Assembly: GCF_009914755.1 (NCBI RefSeq) | Contig: NC_060927.1 | From: the human T2T-CHM13v2.0 reference genome, Homo sapiens | Reading direction: 5' to 3' (one strand) | DNA: 64,000 bases | Shown here: one piece after another, positions 58,182 through 64,000 of the stretch | Layout: every line of letters starts with the position of its first letter | How positions within the stretch are numbered: position 1 is the stretch's first letter | Made by a program: the position numbers and the translations under genes | Notes under the pieces: model-generated | The model's input: only the letters and a program-made list of their open reading frames with translations | Database searches by the model: none | Told to the model about the DNA's origin: nothing

Positions 58182-58824
58182 GAGCTCCTCAGGCTGTTGT
58201 GCTAGAAGAAGCCTCTCTCCTCATCCATTTTAACAAGCAGTGTTCTGCCTCTGCTTGAAAACCACCTTCTTAAGGCAGGATATTCCATCTTTGGAAGCTC
58301 TAACTAAGATAATTCTTCCTTGTAGTAGGTGATGCCAATTGATCCTGGTCCTTCCCCTAAGACCTACCAAAAATAGCTTAATCCTTCTGTTAGAGAACAG
58401 ACTTTCCAGTCCTTCATGTAGCTGAGGTCCTGAATCTCCAGCCCTTGGTGGTCTCTTGTCCAGGCAGAACATCCACAATCCATTTCCTCTATCTACTCCA
58501 CCCTATCATACCACATCTCCTTGAGTATTACCATTGTACTTCAGGTGAGGTCATTTTAGAACAAAATGACATCATCATCTTCCTTACTCTACATTCTGTT
58601 TCTGTAAATGGAACCAAAGCACATAAACTTTTTTAGCAGCCATTTTGCATGGTTGATTCACAGCTAACATACTGATATCAAACTCCCGATTCTGTTCACA
58701 TGTGCTATTCATGCACATACCCTTGGTTTCTGGAGCCAAGTGCAAGGCATTGCTTATATTGTTTCAGTTTCTGACCCTTGGGAATCATTTTTTTCCTCCC
58801 AAGGATAGGCCTCTTTTCCCTTTA

Positions 58825-59181
<357 letters not shown>

Positions 59182-61781
59182 TTACAGCTCATCATCAGAG
59201 ACTTAGCTAACATCATTTATTAGCTCCCATGCTAATGCAACTGAGAGCTAATGGCTGTGGGTTTTGCGCTTGTTAATATGACACTTCAGCTTGAGTAGTT
59301 GTCTGTTCCCACTCAGATTGTCATATGTGTGTCTTATTATGGGGCTGTGTGTGAGACCATCTCGGTGCCAGTAGTTCTCTATACTATCCTATGCCCTCTA
59401 TGGAAGGGAACTCCCTCAGCAAAACAGGAGTTGCCTCACGGCTACCGTCTTCTTGGATGTTGAGATTATTGATCGAGTTACAAATAGGCCTTTCCCCTCC
59501 AACATGTTTCCTGATGAAGCTTTTAGGCACTTCCCAAAATACATGGCAGTTATCTTCTTTCTCTTCAGTATGTGTGACAGAGCCACTAGCAGCCTGTTAC
59601 TGTGCATTAAAAGAACTCAGTAGGCCGTTCTTAATTGTGCTGTGCTGAATTATCACCCGTTTGTAAAGGTCATGGAATTTGAACAGAGCTTCGCAGATTG
59701 TGCTGCTCTAATGTGTGTGGTGTTTTCTGATGGCTGACATTCTGTCACTGCAGAGCGTAGCCTTCTGCCTGGACCTCTGTCTCAAATCAATTGTGCCAGC
59801 CCTGAAAGCTCCCACTTCTTCATACAGTATCAAACATTGGATTGGGCATGTTTGGGAAACAGTGGGACTCTCCATTGGCTAAAGCAGAAGGGAAGGAGGA
59901 GGAGATGAATGTGAAATATGGGCAGGTGCTTGGTGCAGTCTGCTGGGGCTGACAAGTCACAGCCTTGGGACTTTTATGTTTTGTTGTTTTCTACAAATAT
60001 CCTAGGTGTGTTCTAGTTAGAATTTACATTTCTTCCATCCTAATATTGAAATTTTGCTCCCCGGTTTTCCATGAAATATCAACTGATGGTGGGTATTATT
60101 CCAGACATCATAACACCTCCTTAAAAGAGAGCCCCTACTCTGTGTTGTTGAGCATCTGGATTGTGTTGTCTTCCTTTAGAGACTTTTGAGGTTTTTTTCT
60201 GGCAAGCTATTACTATTAAATCAGCCACGTATTTTTGAGGCTTATTTTGAAGTTCTGCTAGGGCAGATCCCCGGAGTATCCCTTTCCCTAGTACATGCCC
60301 TGTAACAATAAATCTTTCTGGATTTTTTTAAGATCTTCCTGTACTGACAAAAGGAAAACGTAATTATGGAATGGCCACAGTATGCCACGTGGCAAGACTC
60401 CAGGTTTGCACAGGAGAGTGGCCCCTGGAAGGGGGTCAGTCTCACTGTCATCCATCAGTGTCCCCGTTTGTAATGGTCCTGCTCTCTGTCCTGGCATCTC
60501 AGGATAATGATGACTCAGGAAAATACCTCCGTTACATTGTGGGTGGCAGCATCCGGCAGTGATTTTTTAATGTTTGGGAATTTGAGCTTCCCCTGCCTGT
60601 GAAGTAGATACACTGAGATGGCCACCCCTTTCCAACCCTGTCAAGAAAACAGGAAGCCTCTCATGAATTTGACCAAGGAGCTACATTCGTTCTCTAAAAA
60701 TTCAAACTGTATTCTACATTTTTTAATCCATTTTTAAAAAAATATGTAATGAGATGATCAGCTTTTGTCACCACAGATTTTCCCCCAAGCTGTTGCCTTT
60801 CAAAGCAGGTTGGGCAAGGAATACCAATCCTGTGTGGGAACAGTATGTGGGTTTCAAAGACTTTAAACCAATTGGGGGACATTTTCTTTTGTGAGGGAGC
60901 AAAAACAGGTGACCAACACCAAACAGAAGATACTTAGGTTCCCTCATCTAATGACACAGCCTTCACCTAGTGCTAACCTTATGATGGCACCACACAGGAT
61001 CCCGGTAGGCACTCGGGCAGATGTAGCATCAGCCCCTACAGACACAGACCAGGCAACCCAGGGTGTCCGCGAGCAGCCCATGAAACCGTATACATTCAGA
61101 GCACCTTATGTTTGTCACTAACATGTCATAGTGGGCTTTAGGGTTAGACCTGTTATCAAGAGTTACCCTGTCTCTTACAAGCTGTATTTTAATATGTCTA
61201 AACTTCAGTTTCCTCACAGGTAAATTAGAGAAAATAATTTCTCCTTCATTGGGCTAATGTATACATTAAACACAAACGCAGCTAGCAGAAGGCCAGAGAC
61301 TAATGGACAACAGGAAATGAGCTTTCTCCATTTCCCTTCCCAGCCCTTCCCTCACAAGAAAGAGCCTTGTAAGGTAGGCTGTGCAGAGATTTCCCTGTTT
61401 GTAGTTGAGACAACTGATATGAGGGATATCAACACAACTAATTAGTGTCAGAGCCAAGTTCAGACTTTTTTCTGTGATGGCAGAAGGCATTCGTGAACGC
61501 CTAGTGTGTACCCAAAACTGTCATGACATTGTATGTGAAATGTCTCACTGCAGAATGAAGCTTAGTTCTTAACACTGGGCTTTGGTCTAGGCTTCCAAAG
61601 TCATTTTTAAGCAGAACACTAGTAGCTATATTTATTTCCATTAGCTGCTCTCTCGTTCTCTCTCATGGGTCTTTTGTTTATACTTTATAGAATGATGGGA
61701 TGAGTTTTGAAATTAAAGCAGAATCATGAAGGATCCCCAGAAGGAGGGCAGGTGTCCGTCAGTTTCACAGGAGCTTGATTA

Positions 61782-62146
<365 letters not shown>

Positions 62147-62224
62147 AAAGTGACTTTCGTCAGGCTTCTTCCAGACTGCTGCCGAGAGAATGGCAGACGA
62201 AAGGCATCTCTGGAACTGGACTGT

Positions 62225-62410
62225 CCCAATTCAGATCTGGGCTCCACCACCAACCAGAGTGACCTTGGCATATCACTGAATCCCAGGACCTGAGTTTCTT
62301 CACCTGTAAAATAACAATAAGAAAAGTACCTACCTCGTAGGGTTTTTGAGATCATTAAATGAGATGATCCATGCTAAGTACCTGTAACAGTGGCTGGCAC
62401 ATGGTTATTA
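62225..62410 (+). mobile_element. MIR
   Basis: gtgaccttggc...tgagtttcttcacctgtaaaata...attaaatgagatgat...acagtggctggcacatgg. Confidence 0.75.
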
Positions 62411-63492
62411 CACGATCGATAAAGCGAGCCGCTGCAGCAGGGGAGGGAGGGTTGTCGCATCTGAGAAAACGTAAACCAGCGTTTTTCCCCTGTGCTGTGA
62501 ACGGTCACCATGTTGTTTCTTTTTAATTGTGGTATCGAAGGGCTTGGGTTTTTAAGGTTATTTTTCACTGAGCCTTTCAGTCTGTCTCTGTGGCCTCAAG
62601 CACTCGCCTCCCTTAGAACTGCTCATTCTAGGGTCATGACTACTACTCTAAATGAATCTCCTGCAGAGACTTTCTGCCACATTTTCCCCTCCTCTCTCTA
62701 GGCAGCTTAGCAACTTGTCTGCCTGTTGTAGTATTTCATTACCTAATTCATTATTAGCTGGGACCTACTGAGAGTTTTGAGGCATTGGAGAATGAGGGTC
62801 TATGAAGAGTCAGGTTCAATCTGAGAGCAAACTGTGTTGTGGATGGGAATTTAGAAAAGGTATTTCCTGGTTGCAGAGGGGAAGGAGGTGTGTGGCTTTT
62901 CCTTTATCTCTGAAGCCAAACTTTGATTTAGGCAAAACTTTTAACTATTAAGGACCTCCAGTGTGAAACAGCTTAGATGGTGGCAAAAGACTGGCTGAGG
63001 CTATAAGAGATACAGGGAAAGATTTGAAAGTGAGGTGGAGGACAGGCAGGGAGAAAAGGTGGAAATATGCTTCTCAGTCCACTCGTCCTACTCCATCTCC
63101 ACCTTCATTGCCACCAGAAATTTGCAGAAGCGCCTGTAGGAGGCTTCTAGAATACCGAAAAGACATGATCGCATTACGAATTATACAAAGTGGCCCGTGT
63201 CTCTCGCAAACTAGGTTTGATCTTCTCATGTGTTAGTGTAGAAAGATAATTAGGAAAGGAAGTGTTAGGGTTTTGATTTCAGGATCTTAGTAATTGTAGA
63301 GAGTAAGAAACGAACAAGCCGAGCTCAGGCTTCTGTGACTGTCCGTGTCTTCAAGTATGATTTGGAAGGCTTCGTGTCCAGTATCCCTAGGAGTAGTACC
63401 ATCCCTGTTCTTGAGAACTTGCCCTGTAGGGTGGCAGTGGATCATGGTTGTTTTCCTATATCAGAGCTTGATATGTTTGTTAAGAGGTCTGT

Positions 63493-63791
<299 letters not shown>

Positions 63792-64000
63792 GAGGTCTGT
63801 GGATCCTGAAAGCCCTGATTTGTTTTCTTCCTTCCAGCGGATGTAGTTACTGCTCCCACTTCCACATCTGTGAGTCACTGAGCTTTGCAATGTGCTGGCA
63901 CCCCATGTTAGCCCAACACTCCTCTCCCTGGGGCTCTCAGAGATCATCAGGACCTCGTTTTCCACAGGATTTCCTTTAATGCTGAGTACTACAAGGTCAT

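Noticed and set aside
62430-62450. CTCF motif (gcagcaggggaggg)
   Set aside because: It lacks the core GGC positions of the consensus and is too weak to call.

Overview
This is human-like (hominid) genomic DNA: a 64-kb internal segment near the 3' end of VPS8 (CORVET subunit), transcribed on the + strand. Six short GT-AG coding exons (526-607, 972-1054, 11971-12051, 14319-14488, 17643-17808, 42278-42331) splice into one open frame that includes the C-terminal RING-H2 finger. The first and last exons of the gene lie outside the window. The rest is intron, densely packed with transposable elements. These include an antisense two-LTR HERV-K(HML-3)/HERVK9 provirus with a 6-bp TSD and an internally deleted env (30698-37749), an antisense full-length SVA inside an L1, and a 5'-inverted (twin-primed) L1 with a 13-bp TSD. 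There are also more than 20 Alus, MaLR/ERV1 solo LTRs, Tigger-type DNA transposons and old L1/L2/MIR fragments. Almost all ORFs in the supplied track are Alu, L1 or SVA artefacts. I found no convincing new multi-gene system. The most interesting leads are RNA-level hypotheses (a stop-free 417-nt RING circle bracketed by inverted AluYs, and a recursive-splice-like AG|GT exon) plus several readable insertion and repair scars. Repeat subfamily names come from memory of consensus sequences, not from a search.
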